From: Deltaproteobacteria bacterium | GTDB taxonomy: Bacteria; Myxococcota_A; Polyangia; JACPQR01 | Direction of reading: 5' to 3' | Assembly (NCBI GenBank): GCA_016190375.1 | Contig: JACPQR010000213.1 | Coordinates: 3,340 to 67,339 of the forward strand | Length of the DNA stretch: 64,000 bases | Part shown: one piece after another, positions 1 through 10,163 of the stretch | Position numbering within the stretch: position 1 is the first letter of the stretch | Layout: each line of letters opens with the position of its first letter | The notes under the pieces: generated by a model | The model's database searches: none | What the model saw: only the letters and a program-made list of their open reading frames with translations | Told to the model about the DNA's origin: nothing | Program-made: the position numbers and the translations under genes

Positions 1-498
1 CACCCTCGGCGGCAGGTTGAGGACCGCACGACGGACATGGGAGACGACCCACTCGACGACCCCGCGAACCGAGATCACGCCGAGCGGGTGTGACTGCAGG
101 TCGACGATCGGCACGTGGCGGAAGCCGCCGTCGACCATTCTGTTCAGCAGGAACACCAGCGGGTCGTTCGGTCCGAGGACCGCCGGGTCCGGGGTCATGG
201 CGTCGGTGATTGGACGGTCCTGGGCGATTCCGTTGTGGACGACGCGCGTCATCACGTCCCGCTCGGTGAAGATGCCGACGAGCGTCTTGCCATCGACCAC
301 CAGCACGCAACCCACGCGGTTCTGCACCATCACGTCGATGGCCTCGCGGATCGTGGCCGTGTGCGGCACCGTCAATGCATCGTGGATGCCGACCCCGCCG
401 CACTTCTCGCGGAGGATCGACTCGCCCAGACGCTGCGCGTCCCTGTTCCTCTGGCTCTCGTCGGCGCCGTAGGCCTCCTCGAACTCGCTCGCCCCCAT
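1..498 (-). CDS. CBS domain pair protein (3' end runs off the window)
   Basis: Not in the ORF track; hand-translated from ATG at 498: MGASEFEEAYG...TIREAIDVMVQNRVGCVLVVDGKTLVGIFTERDVMTRVV...AMTPDP...GFRHVPIVD. GAAGGAGG RBS upstream. Tandem CBS motifs. Confidence 0.9.
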   Translation of the reverse strand, partial: MGASEFEEAYGADESQRNRDAQRLGESILREKCGGVGIHDALTVPHTATIREAIDVMVQNRVGCVLVVDGKTLVGIFTERDVMTRVVHNGIAQDRPITDAMTPDPAVLGPNDPLVFLLNRMVDGGFRHVPIVDLQSHPLGVISVRGVVEWVVSHVRRAVLNLPPRV

Positions 499-599
499 GA
501 GCCCTCCTTCGGCTGGAAAAAGAAGGCAGCTTAGCATGGCGGCCATCCCCGCGTGACGGCGCTTGCAAACGAATCGAGGCGGCCGCTAAGGTCCTTGCC

Positions 600-1001
600 G
601 TGCTCAAGGATCTTTCTCGCATCTTCGGAGCGGTGAACCTCGCGTACGGTGTGGCTCTCGGTGTGATCATCCTCGAGGTGCTCCCCGCGCGACACATGGT
701 CGTCGATGTGCTGGGAACGGTGAGCTCGCTCGTGCTCCTGGCGTCGGGACTCGCGCTCTTGGCCCGGGCACCCTGGGCTCGGCGCGCGGGTCAGGCGGCG
801 GCCGGAGTGCTCCTCGCGTTCGGGATGATCGTCCTCGTCGGGATCATCCTGTCGATCGGATTCCTGCACGGCATCTACGGAGCGGTCGGGGAGGGCGGCA
901 CCGCGGTTCTCTCGCTTCTGGTCGCGCTCCTCGTCCCGTACCTCCTCGTCCTGCCGATCGTCGAGCTGGCCCACTTTCGGCGCCTGGCATCCGGCACGTG
1001 A
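600..1001 (+). CDS. Membrane protein, about 4 TM helices, function unknown
   Basis: Four hydrophobic segments; GTGA overlap with the next gene; TAAGGT 7 nt upstream of the start. Confidence 0.75.
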   Translation: MLKDLSRIFGAVNLAYGVALGVIILEVLPARHMVVDVLGTVSSLVLLASGLALLARAPWARRAGQAAAGVLLAFGMIVLVGIILSIGFLHGIYGAVGEGGTAVLSLLVALLVPYLLVLPIVELAHFRRLASGT

Positions 1002-2782
1002 CGCGCAGGACCTCGAGCGCGCTCCTCGCGGTCGTCGCGACCGCCGCGGTGGGGTCGATCGTGATCGGGCGCTCGCTGCGCCTGGAGGCGGGGCCTCCCG
1101 TTCCGGCCGTGGTCGAGCGCTGGGTGGTCGCCCATCTCCGATCGGTGCTCGAAGGCCGCCCGCCACCCGCCAGGCCCAGCCATCGGGCGCTCGACGCCGA
1201 GCTCCCCGCGCCGCTGGTGGCGAGCGTCTTCCTGCGTGGACGCCAGGAGCTCCGCGTCTTCGAGGGTGGGACGCTGGGAAGAGCCGTCGAGCGTGCAGGT
1301 CGGGCGCTCGCGAAGAAGGGAGGCCTCGACCCCGCGGCCCGGATCCGGGTCGAGGTCCCGACCGCGCGCTCCCCGCTCATCGACCAGCGCGACCTCCTGG
1401 CGCTCTCGCTGGTCGCGGGCGAGGACGGGCTCGGAGCGGAGCGCCGCGGCAAGGTCGCGGTGGTGACGAAGTGGGAGCTCATCGGCCGTCACCTGTACGA
1501 CCGCCAGTGGGTGAACGAGCGACTCCAGTTCGAGATGGGCGTCGGAATCGCCAGGGCGCTCGCGCTCCTCGCGGCCGACCTCGGGGTCGACGAGGATCGC
1601 TTCGACGACGAGCCGCGAGGCCTCTTCCGGTTCCGCTCCCACACGATCCTGGAGGGCGATCCCGGCGTTCCTCTTCAGGAGCCCGACACCGCGCGTCTGA
1701 CCCGTCCCAAGCTGGTCGAGGCCGCGAGGCAGGCAGCGCGCTGGTGCCAGGCCGTCCTCGGCCCCACGGGCAAGTACACGTACCTGTATGATCCGATCGA
1801 GGACCGCGAGGACGAGGGCGCGCGCTACAGCCTGCCGCGGCACGCCGGCACGACCTACTACCTGGCCCAGTTCTACCGCCACGCCCGCGAGCCGGGCTTC
1901 GACCAGTCCGTTCGTCGAGCGCTCGACTGGATCGTGGACCACACCCTTCGCCGATGCGGACCTGGGCCGCGCCGCTGCGTGCGCGACGAGCAGAGGGCCT
2001 CGCTCGGATCGGCGGCGCTCGCCGTCGTGGCCATGGCCGAGTACCGGCATGGCACGGGCGACGACCGCTACGACCACGAGATGCGCGCGATCGGCCAGTT
2101 CATCCGTGACATGCAGAAGCCGAACGGCGACTTCCACCACCGATACTCGCGGCGGAGCGAGAGCGTGCAGCCCGGGCAGCTCCTGTACTACACGGGCGAG
2201 GCCATCCTGGCGCTCCTCAAGCTGCACGAGGAGCTCGGGGATCGCAGGGACCTGGAGGCGGCGAGGCGGGGCCTGGACTTCCTGACCGGCCCTGGCTGGG
2301 ACTTCCCCCTGTCCCCGTACTTCTTCAGCGAGGAGCACTGGACCTGCATCGCCGCGAACGAGGCCTACCCTAGGCTTCGCAACCGCCGCTACCTCGAGTT
2401 CTGCGACGGCTTCGCGCGGTTCAGGCGCGACTCCCAGTACGGGCGTGGCGCCACGGTCTTCGACAGCGAGGGCAGCTACGGCTTCGGAACCTTCGTGACG
2501 CCGCGCACCACGCCCACCGCCAGCACGACCGAGGCGATGGTGTCGACGGCGCTCCTGCACCGGAAGTGGGGCCGCCGTTCGCCGGTGATCGAGCGGCAGG
2601 TCTTCTCCGCCGTGCGTTTCCTGCTCAGGCGACAGCTCGGTCCCCAGACCGAGCACCTCTGTCCCGATCCGCGCCGCGCGCGCGGGGGCTTCCCCGCGAG
2701 CGCGGTCGATCTGACCATCCGCATCGACTACACGCAGCACGCGGGCTCCGCGATCCTGCGTTCGGCGGAGCTTCTGCCGTGA
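998..2782 (+). CDS. Membrane-anchored protein, possible AMMECR1-like N-terminus plus alpha/alpha-barrel domain
   Basis: 594 aa; N-terminal anchor; YSLPRHAGTTYYL, MQKPNGDF, YYTGEAILAL, IRIDYTQH resemble (alpha/alpha)6 toroid proteins. Confidence 0.6.
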   Translation: MTRRTSSALLAVVATAAVGSIVIGRSLRLEAGPPVPAVVERWVVAHLRSVLEGRPPPARPSHRALDAELPAPLVASVFLRGRQELRVFEGGTLGRAVERAGRALAKKGGLDPAARIRVEVPTARSPLIDQRDLLALSLVAGEDGLGAERRGKVAVVTKWELIGRHLYDRQWVNERLQFEMGVGIARALALLAADLGVDEDRFDDEPRGLFRFRSHTILEGDPGVPLQEPDTARLTRPKLVEAARQAARWCQAVLGPTGKYTYLYDPIEDREDEGARYSLPRHAGTTYYLAQFYRHAREPGFDQSVRRALDWIVDHTLRRCGPGPRRCVRDEQRASLGSAALAVVAMAEYRHGTGDDRYDHEMRAIGQFIRDMQKPNGDFHHRYSRRSESVQPGQLLYYTGEAILALLKLHEELGDRRDLEAARRGLDFLTGPGWDFPLSPYFFSEEHWTCIAANEAYPRLRNRRYLEFCDGFARFRRDSQYGRGATVFDSEGSYGFGTFVTPRTTPTASTTEAMVSTALLHRKWGRRSPVIERQVFSAVRFLLRRQLGPQTEHLCPDPRRARGGFPASAVDLTIRIDYTQHAGSAILRSAELLP

Positions 2783-2843
2783 TGGACAGTCCGCGCGATC
2801 CGTCGAGTGCGCGCGCCTCGGCCTTCGGCTACGCTTGCCGGTC

Positions 2844-3314
2844 ATGAGAAACGCGATCGTCGCCGCCGCTCTCCTGGGCCTCTTCCCAGCCTCGCTCGCG
2901 CTCGCCGACGACCCGCCTCCCGACCCGGGCGCGATCACGGCCCGTTCGGATGTGCACCTGGACCTTCAGAGCCTTCCCGGCACGCGGATGGAGGCGCTGC
3001 AGGCGCTCGGCGCCGCCGTTCAGCGCAAGATGCCCGACCTCCGCACGTGCTACGACCGCGCGGTCGCGGCGACACCCGCCCTCGCGGGCGACCTCAGGAT
3101 GCTCCTCGAGACCACCCCCCGCGGCACCGTCAAGCAGGTGACCGTCGCCGAGGACCACTTGCACAGCGCTGTCGTCGCGCGTTGCATCGTACGCGTCCTG
3201 CGGAGCCTGCCCCGCGGCCTGCCTCCGAGCGCCCGTGGCCACATCGTCCTCACCTTCACCAACACGATGGCCAGAGGAATCAGGAACGGGGCCACGACCC
3301 AGCCGAGCCGCTGA
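2844..3314 (+). CDS. Secreted AgmX/PglI C-terminal (TonB-C-like) domain protein
   Basis: Signal peptide; LRTCYDRA...LAGDL...PRGTV...VARCIVRVL pattern. Confidence 0.7.
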   Translation: MRNAIVAAALLGLFPASLALADDPPPDPGAITARSDVHLDLQSLPGTRMEALQALGAAVQRKMPDLRTCYDRAVAATPALAGDLRMLLETTPRGTVKQVTVAEDHLHSAVVARCIVRVLRSLPRGLPPSARGHIVLTFTNTMARGIRNGATTQPSR

Positions 3315-3320
3315 GCCCGG

Positions 3321-5081
3321 TTACTCGCGCTCCAGCCTGTCGGTGTCGATCGTCTCGCGGGTCACGTCGATCTGAAACGGCTCGGCCTCGCCTTCGCGCT
3401 GGACGAGCATCCGCACGCCCGATCCCTCGGTGCCGCGGATCCGGCCGACGACGTCGTCGAGGTCGAGGCCGTCGACCCGCTCGCCGTCGACCTCGAGGAT
3501 GAGATCGCCGGACTGAAGGCCGGCGCGGGATGCCGGCGTCTCCTGGAACAGGCCGAGCACCTTCACGCGGCCGTCGCGGACCGACAGCGTCATTCCCACA
3601 CCACCGAACACCCGCGGCTCGAGGGCGATCTCGCCCAGGTCCAGGTCCTGTCCCGTCGGGGCGAGCGCGACCGTCTCGGCGCGATGCCCTGGAGCGCGGA
3701 TCTCCAGCTCGGCGACGTCGAGCGGCAAGCCCGCGAGCACGAAGGCGCCTTCGGCGTCGGTGAGGACCGATGACGGGGCGCGACCGCCGCTGCCGCGAAG
3801 GAGTCGCGGTCGGACTCGGGCGCCTGGCACCGGCCCACCGGTGAACCGAGTGACTACCGTGCCGGTGGCCGCGAAGGGACCCGCCAGCCTGACCTCGACC
3901 CGCGCCAGGTCCTGACCGGCCTCGAGCGTGATTGCGACGCGACCCGCGTCCTCGTCCAGACGCGCGACGATCTCGTACTCGCCCGCGGACACGCCCGTCA
4001 GCGCGAACGCACCCGACTCGTCGGTGGAAGTGCCGGCCTCGCTCCGTCCGCCTTCCGCGAGCGCGATCGACGCGCCCGCCGCCGGCGAGCCGTCGCGCCC
4101 GCGCACCCATCCGGAGACCGACGAGGGGGCGGTGAGGACGAGCTCCACCCAGCGGGCTCCCGGCTCGGCGATCGCGGGCTGGCTATCCGCGAAGTCGGGG
4201 TGCGCCGCGACGAGCGAGAGCGCCTCGTCGGGCAGATCGGTCAGCGCGAACTCCCCGGCGGCGTCGGTGGTCGCCGTGGCGGCCGCCCCGGAGCGCGCGT
4301 GCGGGTTCGCGAGCGCTCGCACGGTCGCGCCGGCCACGAGACGCCGGCCGGGATCCAGTACGCGACCCCGAAGCTCGCGACCCACCGAGAGCTCCAGCAC
4401 GACGGAGGTGGTCCTGCCGGGCGAGAGCCGCGCCCGCTCCGTCGCCGGGGCGTAGCCGGGACAGGTCGCGGTCACGCCGACCCTCTCCTCGGGTCGCAGC
4501 GCGCCCCACAGCGCCTCGCCGCGCGCATCGGTCTCGAGCCCCTCCGCGAGGCCCGTCAGGCTGACGGTCGCGCCGGGCAGCCCGGCGCCACGCAGGTCGA
4601 CCACGCGCACCGCGAGCGCCGCGGCGCTCCCGAGCACGACGACCACGAGGCTCTCCGGGCCCTGGCCGTTCCTCACGACCAGCGGCCCCGCCGCCCCGCC
4701 CGGCGTGAACCTGGGATGCTCGGCCAGGACGAACCAGCGCCCGTCCTGGGGGACCTCGAACCGGAAGCCCCCGTCGGGTCCGCTGGTCGTGACGACCTCT
4801 TGCCCCGCTTCCCCACGCAAGACGACCCTCGCGCTTCCGACGCGCCGGTGCGTGGGATCCTCGACGCGACCGTCGACGAAGGCCGGGGAAGCGAGGATCG
4901 GGTCCTCGATCGGCTCCGCCGGCTGTGGACGAGGGCGCGCGCGGGGAAGCCTGAGATCGATCCTCCGCCGAGCGGCGGCCGCCGTAGCCTCGTGGCCCTC
5001 GGACGGCCAGACCGCGAAGCCGACCGCGACCGCGACGACCGCGGCGGCAACGAGCGCGATGGCGAGCCTACGGCGCGTCAC
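3321..5081 (-). CDS. Carboxypeptidase-regulatory-like repeat protein with C-terminal PDZ domain
   Basis: N-terminal TM; repeated TDxxGxF motifs; FGGVGMTL...TPASRAGLQSGDLILEVDG PDZ. Confidence 0.85.
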   Translation of the reverse strand: MTRRRLAIALVAAAVVAVAVGFAVWPSEGHEATAAAARRRIDLRLPRARPRPQPAEPIEDPILASPAFVDGRVEDPTHRRVGSARVVLRGEAGQEVVTTSGPDGGFRFEVPQDGRWFVLAEHPRFTPGGAAGPLVVRNGQGPESLVVVVLGSAAALAVRVVDLRGAGLPGATVSLTGLAEGLETDARGEALWGALRPEERVGVTATCPGYAPATERARLSPGRTTSVVLELSVGRELRGRVLDPGRRLVAGATVRALANPHARSGAAATATTDAAGEFALTDLPDEALSLVAAHPDFADSQPAIAEPGARWVELVLTAPSSVSGWVRGRDGSPAAGASIALAEGGRSEAGTSTDESGAFALTGVSAGEYEIVARLDEDAGRVAITLEAGQDLARVEVRLAGPFAATGTVVTRFTGGPVPGARVRPRLLRGSGGRAPSSVLTDAEGAFVLAGLPLDVAELEIRAPGHRAETVALAPTGQDLDLGEIALEPRVFGGVGMTLSVRDGRVKVLGLFQETPASRAGLQSGDLILEVDGERVDGLDLDDVVGRIRGTEGSGVRMLVQREGEAEPFQIDVTRETIDTDRLERE

Positions 5082-5191
5082 GGGCGTAGAGGATAGCCGC
5101 GGACGATTGCGCGTCCAGCCCGGCCGCCCATCGTAGGGTAGGATGCTGCTCTCATGAGCATCCCCACCGTCGCCGTTCGCGAGCCCCTCTG

Positions 5192-6436
5192 ATGCGGCCC
5201 TTGCCCGAGGCCCAACGGAGGCGGAGGCGGCCGCTCGTCGGCGTCGTCGAGACCGCCGGTCGTGGAACGCGTGCGCGCGGAGACCCGCGGGTCGCGGCGC
5301 TCCTGCGCGCTGCGCTCGAGCGTGGATCCGAGCCCGAGACCCGCTCGCTGACGCACGGCTTCCACGCCTATCCGGCCCGGATGCATCCGGCGATCGCGCG
5401 GCACCTGGTCGCGACGACCCCGGCGGACGCCATCATCCTCGACCCGTTCGCGGGCAGCGGAACGGTGCTCGTGGAGGCGGCCGCCCACGGACGCCGCGCC
5501 ATCGGCGTCGACGCGAACCCGCTCGCGGTCCGCCTCGCTCGCCTGAAGACGTCGCGCTGGTCCCACGGCGACCTGGAACGGCTGATCGCGCATGCACGGG
5601 CGCTCGCGCGGCGCGCGTCCGGACGCGCGGCGGCGCAGAGGGGCACGCGGCTGCCCGGCTTCGATCCGCGCACGTTCGCTCCGCACGTCTTCCGCGAGCT
5701 CCACTTCCTCAGGGCGGAGATCGAGCGCGGGCCGGACCCCGCGATCCGCGAGGCTCTCTGGCTCGTCCTGTCGGCGATCGCGGTCAAGGTCTCGCTGAGG
5801 GTCGCCGACACGTCGGAGCTCGAGGCCCCGAAGCGGCTCGCGGCGGGGTTCGTGTCCCGGCACTTCGCCCGCAAGGCCGAGGAGCTCGCGCGGGGCCTGG
5901 GCGACCTCGCCCGAGCGATCCCCGAAGGCACGCCTGGGCCCGAGGTGATCGAAGGCGACGCGCGCGATCTCCCGCTGCCGCCCAGGGCCCGGATCGGACG
6001 CGTCATCACGTCTCCTCCCTACCCGGGCATCTACGACTACGTCGCCCACCACGCGCTGAGGATCGAGCTGCTCGGGATCGACGCGCGCCGCTTCAGCGAG
6101 GTGGAGATCGGGGCGCGCCGCCGGAGCCAGGCCTCCGGCGCCCTGGAGACGTGGCGGAACGATCTGGGGCGAGTGGCGAGATCGCTCGAGCGCCACCTCG
6201 AGCCGGGCGGCCTGGCGATATTCCTGATCGGCGACGGCATCGCGGGAGGCCAGCGCGTGCGCGGTGACGAGTCCCTGACGAACGCGTGCTCCGGCACCGG
6301 ACTCGAGGTTCGCGCGGTCGCCTGGCAGTCGCGGCCCTCGCGCTCGCGCCTGGAGCGCGCCGTCCACGGACCGACGAAGAACGAGTACCTGATTGCCCTC
6401 AGCGCCCGCGCCCGACCATCGGGAGGAAGTACCTGA
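5192..6436 (+). CDS. Amino-DNA methyltransferase (probably m4C, alpha-type motif order), orphan
   Basis: THGFHAYPARM, motif I DPFAGSGT preceding catalytic TSPPY. Confidence 0.8.
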   Translation: MRPLPEAQRRRRRPLVGVVETAGRGTRARGDPRVAALLRAALERGSEPETRSLTHGFHAYPARMHPAIARHLVATTPADAIILDPFAGSGTVLVEAAAHGRRAIGVDANPLAVRLARLKTSRWSHGDLERLIAHARALARRASGRAAAQRGTRLPGFDPRTFAPHVFRELHFLRAEIERGPDPAIREALWLVLSAIAVKVSLRVADTSELEAPKRLAAGFVSRHFARKAEELARGLGDLARAIPEGTPGPEVIEGDARDLPLPPRARIGRVITSPPYPGIYDYVAHHALRIELLGIDARRFSEVEIGARRRSQASGALETWRNDLGRVARSLERHLEPGGLAIFLIGDGIAGGQRVRGDESLTNACSGTGLEVRAVAWQSRPSRSRLERAVHGPTKNEYLIALSARARPSGGST

Positions 6437-7199
6437 CGCCCGTGAGCTCGTTGACGCCGACGTAGACGTCGGTGCCGAACGTCTCGCGGACCCGGCCGTA
6501 CGTCAGAACCTCTTCCACCGTGCCGAGCCCCGCCACGCGGCCGCCGCAAACGAGGAGCACCCGGTCGCACACCTGCGCGGCGAGGTTCAGGTCGTGCATC
6601 GCGGCCACGACCGAGAAGCGGCCGCTCCGGGCTCCGGAGCGGAGCAGCTCGTGCAGCTCGACCTGATGTCGGATGTCGAGGAAGGCGGCCGGCTCGTCGA
6701 GGACCAGGATGGAAGGCTCCTGGCACAGCGCGCGGGCGATCACGACCCGCTGCCGCTCGCCGCCCGACAACGCAGGGAAGGGTCGGTCGCGGAGCTCCCA
6801 CGCGTCGACCTCTCGCAGCGCCGTCTCGGCGATCCGCCTGTCCGTCTCGGACTCGATGGTCATGGAGCCGAGGTGCGGCGCCCTTCCCATCAGCACGACC
6901 TCGAGGACCGTGAACGCGAAGGTGACCTCGGTCCTCTGGGGTACGAAGGCGAGCTTGCGGGCAATCTCGCGGCGCGCGAGCCCGGCAAGGGTGCTCGAGC
7001 CCATCGCCACCCGGCCCGCGTCCGGAGCGTGAAGCCCGGCCGCGACCCGGAGGAGCGTGCTCTTGCCCGCGCCGTTCGGGCCGAGCACTCCGAGGAGCTC
7101 CCGCTCGCCCAGCTCGAAGCCGACGCCGTCGAGCACCTTCCTGGCGCCGTAGGAGGCATGGACGGATTCGACACGCAGCGATGGCTGACCGACTCCCAT
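6399..7199 (-). CDS. ABC transporter ATP-binding protein, heme/cobalamin/siderophore family
   Basis: Walker A GPNGAGKS, LSGGERQR, LDEP, MHDLNLA; start placed at ATG 7199. Confidence 0.9.
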   Translation of the reverse strand: MGVGQPSLRVESVHASYGARKVLDGVGFELGERELLGVLGPNGAGKSTLLRVAAGLHAPDAGRVAMGSSTLAGLARREIARKLAFVPQRTEVTFAFTVLEVVLMGRAPHLGSMTIESETDRRIAETALREVDAWELRDRPFPALSGGERQRVVIARALCQEPSILVLDEPAAFLDIRHQVELHELLRSGARSGRFSVVAAMHDLNLAAQVCDRVLLVCGGRVAGLGTVEEVLTYGRVRETFGTDVYVGVNELTGVRYFLPMVGRGR

Positions 7200-7230
7200 C
7201 GGAGCGCCAGAGCATGACACACTCGGGGAG

Positions 7231-7908
7231 GTGCCACGCATCGACGCCCCTACGGCGCTCGCAGTCGCGCTTCTCACTCTGACGGCCGAGGCCCAGGAGT
7301 TTCCGCTGCCTGGCATGCTCCCCGGCTTCGGCACCGTCTCGAGCCCCGCCGCGTCGCCGGCGCCGGCCGCGCCCGCGCTCGAGGTCGGCCAGTGGGTGGA
7401 GTACCGCTTCCGGCGGGGCCGCGAGCGTCCCGTCACGGTCCGTTACGCGCTCGTCGAGCGCGAGACCGGCGGCGACTGGCTCGAGACCCGCTACACGCGG
7501 GCCGACGGTGGCCGCCTGCTCATCCGCGTCCTCGTCGAGGGCCGGCTCGACCGCCCGGGCCGGATACGGCGAGTGATCGTCCAGGAGGGCCACGGACAGG
7601 CGCTCGAGCTGCCCGCGGAGCGGGGCGCCGGAGCGCTGCCCCCGCCGGTTCCCACGTCCTCGAACGCCCGCGTGCTCGGTGAGGAGACGGTGCAGGTCGC
7701 CGGGCACAGCCTCCGCGCGCGCCACGTTCGCGCGACCGAGGGTCCGGGCGCGACGGACGCCTGGGTCTCGACCGCCGTGCCCCTCTGGGGGCTGGTCCGG
7801 TTCTCCTCGTCCCGCTACGAGCTCGACCTCCTCGGCTTCGGGACCGGGGCGCGCACATCGCTCGTCGGCGAGGCCGTGCGCTTCGACCCCTCGGCCGCGG
7901 GGCGGTGA
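7231..7908 (+). CDS. Secreted hypothetical protein, beta-rich
   Basis: Signal peptide; VGQWVEYR...GEETVQVAG...AWVSTAVPLWGLVR; GGGGAG upstream. Confidence 0.65.
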   Translation: MPRIDAPTALAVALLTLTAEAQEFPLPGMLPGFGTVSSPAASPAPAAPALEVGQWVEYRFRRGRERPVTVRYALVERETGGDWLETRYTRADGGRLLIRVLVEGRLDRPGRIRRVIVQEGHGQALELPAERGAGALPPPVPTSSNARVLGEETVQVAGHSLRARHVRATEGPGATDAWVSTAVPLWGLVRFSSSRYELDLLGFGTGARTSLVGEAVRFDPSAAGR

Positions 7909-7956
7909 ACCTCTCGAAAAGTTGACGGATCCACCCCGCCCGCCTCAGATGGGGCC

Positions 7957-9300
7957 ATGAGGATCGGGACATCGCCCGCTCGTCTCGTGGCAGTCCGCGG
8001 ACGGTTCGTCACGATCGCTGCCACTCTCTCGGTGGCCCTCGCGATCGGAACGCCGATCGCCCTGCAGCTCCGCGCCTCGCACCGGGCCCGCACCCTGTCC
8101 GCGCGCGCGATCGATCTGCTGGAGGTCGGGCCGGGATCGCTCGGGCCGGAGATGCTGCCCGACACGGGCGCGGCGCTGCGTCTCGCCGTGCGCGCCCGGG
8201 CGATCGATCCCGAGCTCGGCGCGGCACGGTACGCGCTGCACCTGGGCACGGGCATCCGCGACCTGGCGCGTCACGACCTCTTTCTCGCGGAGGGCGAGCT
8301 CGGAGCGGCCTCGAGCGATCGGCCCGGCGCCGCCGCCCCGCGCCGGTACCTCGGGATGGCCTTGCTCGAGGCGGGCCGGCTCGGCGAGGCCAGGGTGGCC
8401 TTCGATGCCGCGCTCTCGCGAGACTCCCACGACGTGCACGCGCTGGTCGGCCTCGGCGACGTCGAGCTGGAGCGCGGGGATCACGAGGCCGCGCTGCCCA
8501 GGTACGAGGCCGCGCTGGAGCTCGAGCCGCGGCTCGCCTCGGTGCACGATCGGGTCGGGCTGGCGCTCGCCCGGTCCGGCAGGCTCGAGGAAGCCGAGCG
8601 CGCGCTGAGACGGGGAGTGGCGCTGGACGGCAGGCTCCCCGAGCCGAGGGTGAGCCTCGGCAACCTCCTGCTCCGCCAGGGGCGGATCGACGAGGCGGAG
8701 GCCGCCTACAGGGGCGCGCTGTCGGTCTCGGGGACGAACGCCACCGCCCACCTCGACCTGGGGATCCTGCTCTTCGAGAGTGGCCGTTCCGCCGAGGCCG
8801 AGCGGCACCTCGCGAGGGCCGCCGAGCTCGACCTCGACGATCCCACAGCGCGAGGCGCGCTCGGCGATCTGTACGCGGCGAGCGGAAGTCTCCCGTCCGC
8901 GATCGCCAGCTACAACGAGGCGATCGAGCGCGATCCGGCGAGCCCGGCGTTGCAGAACAACCTTGGAAATGCGCTCGAGCGCGCCGGGCGCCTCGACGAC
9001 GCGGAGCGGGCGTTCCGGCGCGCGATCGAGCTCGACCCCGTGCTCGCGTTCCCTCACAACGGCCTGGGCAGCGTGCTTCTGGCGCGCGGCGACGGGCCCG
9101 GAGCGATCGCCGAGCTGGAGCGAGCCGTTTCGCTCGCGCCGGATGTGCCGCACGCCTACTTCAACCTCGGCCTCGCCCTGACGCGGGTCGGCCGTGGCGA
9201 CGCGGCGCGCACGGCCTTCGACAGAGCCTGCGAGCTCGGCACGGCCGCGGCCTGCGGCGTCACCTCGACTTCCCGGGGAACCACTCGAGGGCGGCGATGA
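7957..9300 (+). CDS. Tetratricopeptide repeat protein
   Basis: N-terminal TM; multiple 34-aa TPR units (NLGxAL...A...A..LDP). Confidence 0.9.
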   Translation: MRIGTSPARLVAVRGRFVTIAATLSVALAIGTPIALQLRASHRARTLSARAIDLLEVGPGSLGPEMLPDTGAALRLAVRARAIDPELGAARYALHLGTGIRDLARHDLFLAEGELGAASSDRPGAAAPRRYLGMALLEAGRLGEARVAFDAALSRDSHDVHALVGLGDVELERGDHEAALPRYEAALELEPRLASVHDRVGLALARSGRLEEAERALRRGVALDGRLPEPRVSLGNLLLRQGRIDEAEAAYRGALSVSGTNATAHLDLGILLFESGRSAEAERHLARAAELDLDDPTARGALGDLYAASGSLPSAIASYNEAIERDPASPALQNNLGNALERAGRLDDAERAFRRAIELDPVLAFPHNGLGSVLLARGDGPGAIAELERAVSLAPDVPHAYFNLGLALTRVGRGDAARTAFDRACELGTAAACGVTSTSRGTTRGRR

Positions 9301-10129
9301 ACTGGTTGGGATCGCCGTGCGAGCCGGAGCCGGCGCCGTCGTACGGGGCTGGCTCCTCGATCTGGTAGCCCGCGTCACGCATCGCGCCGACGATCGCCTC
9401 CGCGTCGGGCCAGTCGCCGCCGGGACCGGCGTTCCCCCACGGAGCGAAGCCGAGAAGGGCGGCGTTCGCCTCGGGCGCGTCCGACGCGTTGACGTCGTTC
9501 GCCCAGAAGGCCGCGAAGTACGACTGGCGGAGGTGGAAGCCGAGCTGTAGCCCTCCGCGCGTCCCCGCCGACTCCGAGAGGAGGTACGTGCGGTCGTTGT
9601 CGACGTCGTATTGCGCTCGGACCTCGTCGAGGACGCTCGCTCCGACCGAGCCGTCGCCGAAGTAGTCCGCTCCGTCGAGCACGGCGAAGATGAGGTCGCC
9701 GTTGCCCGTCATGCCGGCCAGGCTCTGCAGGTTGGAGGTCATCGTCGCGCCGCCCTCGGTCCCGGAGAAGACGATCATGAGGCCGTTCGGGCTGCCTTCC
9801 CGGTACGAGCCGGGCACGATCAGTCGGTACTCGACCAAGTCTCCCGTCTGCCTGGCCTCACCGTTCGCCGCACCGCCTCCGGCGCCACCCGAGGAGCCGC
9901 CGAGCGGCGGATCGATCTCGGCGTCGCCGTCGCCGTCCCCGTCGCCGTCGCCGTCGGCGTCCGCATCGGCGTCCGAGTCGGCGTCGGTGTCCGAATCTCC
10001 GTCGCCGTCGGAGTCGCCGTCGGCATCGGCGTCGCCGTCTGCGTCGGCGTCGTCGTCGGCGCCCAGGCGGCCCGAGTCGCACCCCCACGCAACGAGGAGG
10101 ACCAGCGCGAAGATCCAGGTCCGTCGCAC
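9260..10129 (-). CDS. Lipoprotein with Asp-rich linker and alpha/beta-hydrolase-like domain
   Basis: Lipobox AWGC; (D-A/G/S)n tract; YRLIVPGSY, DVDNDRTYLLSESAG nucleophile-elbow-like motif, C-terminal GSHG. Confidence 0.7.
   Translation of the reverse strand: MRRTWIFALVLLVAWGCDSGRLGADDDADADGDADADGDSDGDGDSDTDADSDADADADGDGDGDGDGDAEIDPPLGGSSGGAGGGAANGEARQTGDLVEYRLIVPGSYREGSPNGLMIVFSGTEGGATMTSNLQSLAGMTGNGDLIFAVLDGADYFGDGSVGASVLDEVRAQYDVDNDRTYLLSESAGTRGGLQLGFHLRQSYFAAFWANDVNASDAPEANAALLGFAPWGNAGPGGDWPDAEAIVGAMRDAGYQIEEPAPYDGAGSGSHGDPNQFIAALEWFPGKSR
9920..10060 (-). repeat. Low-complexity Asp-X dipeptide coding repeat
   Basis: gccgtc/gcgtc hexamer runs encoding DADADGDADADGDSDGDGD. Confidence 0.85.
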
Positions 10130-10163
10130 CCAGCGACAGTATCACGCTACCATCCGGCCGCCC

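Noticed and set aside
5192..6436. Restriction-modification or defence island
   Set aside because: No nuclease, specificity subunit or other defence gene adjacent.
9920..10060. Possible CRISPR or non-coding repeat array
   Set aside because: In-frame Asp-X codon repeats; no repeat-spacer structure and no cas genes.
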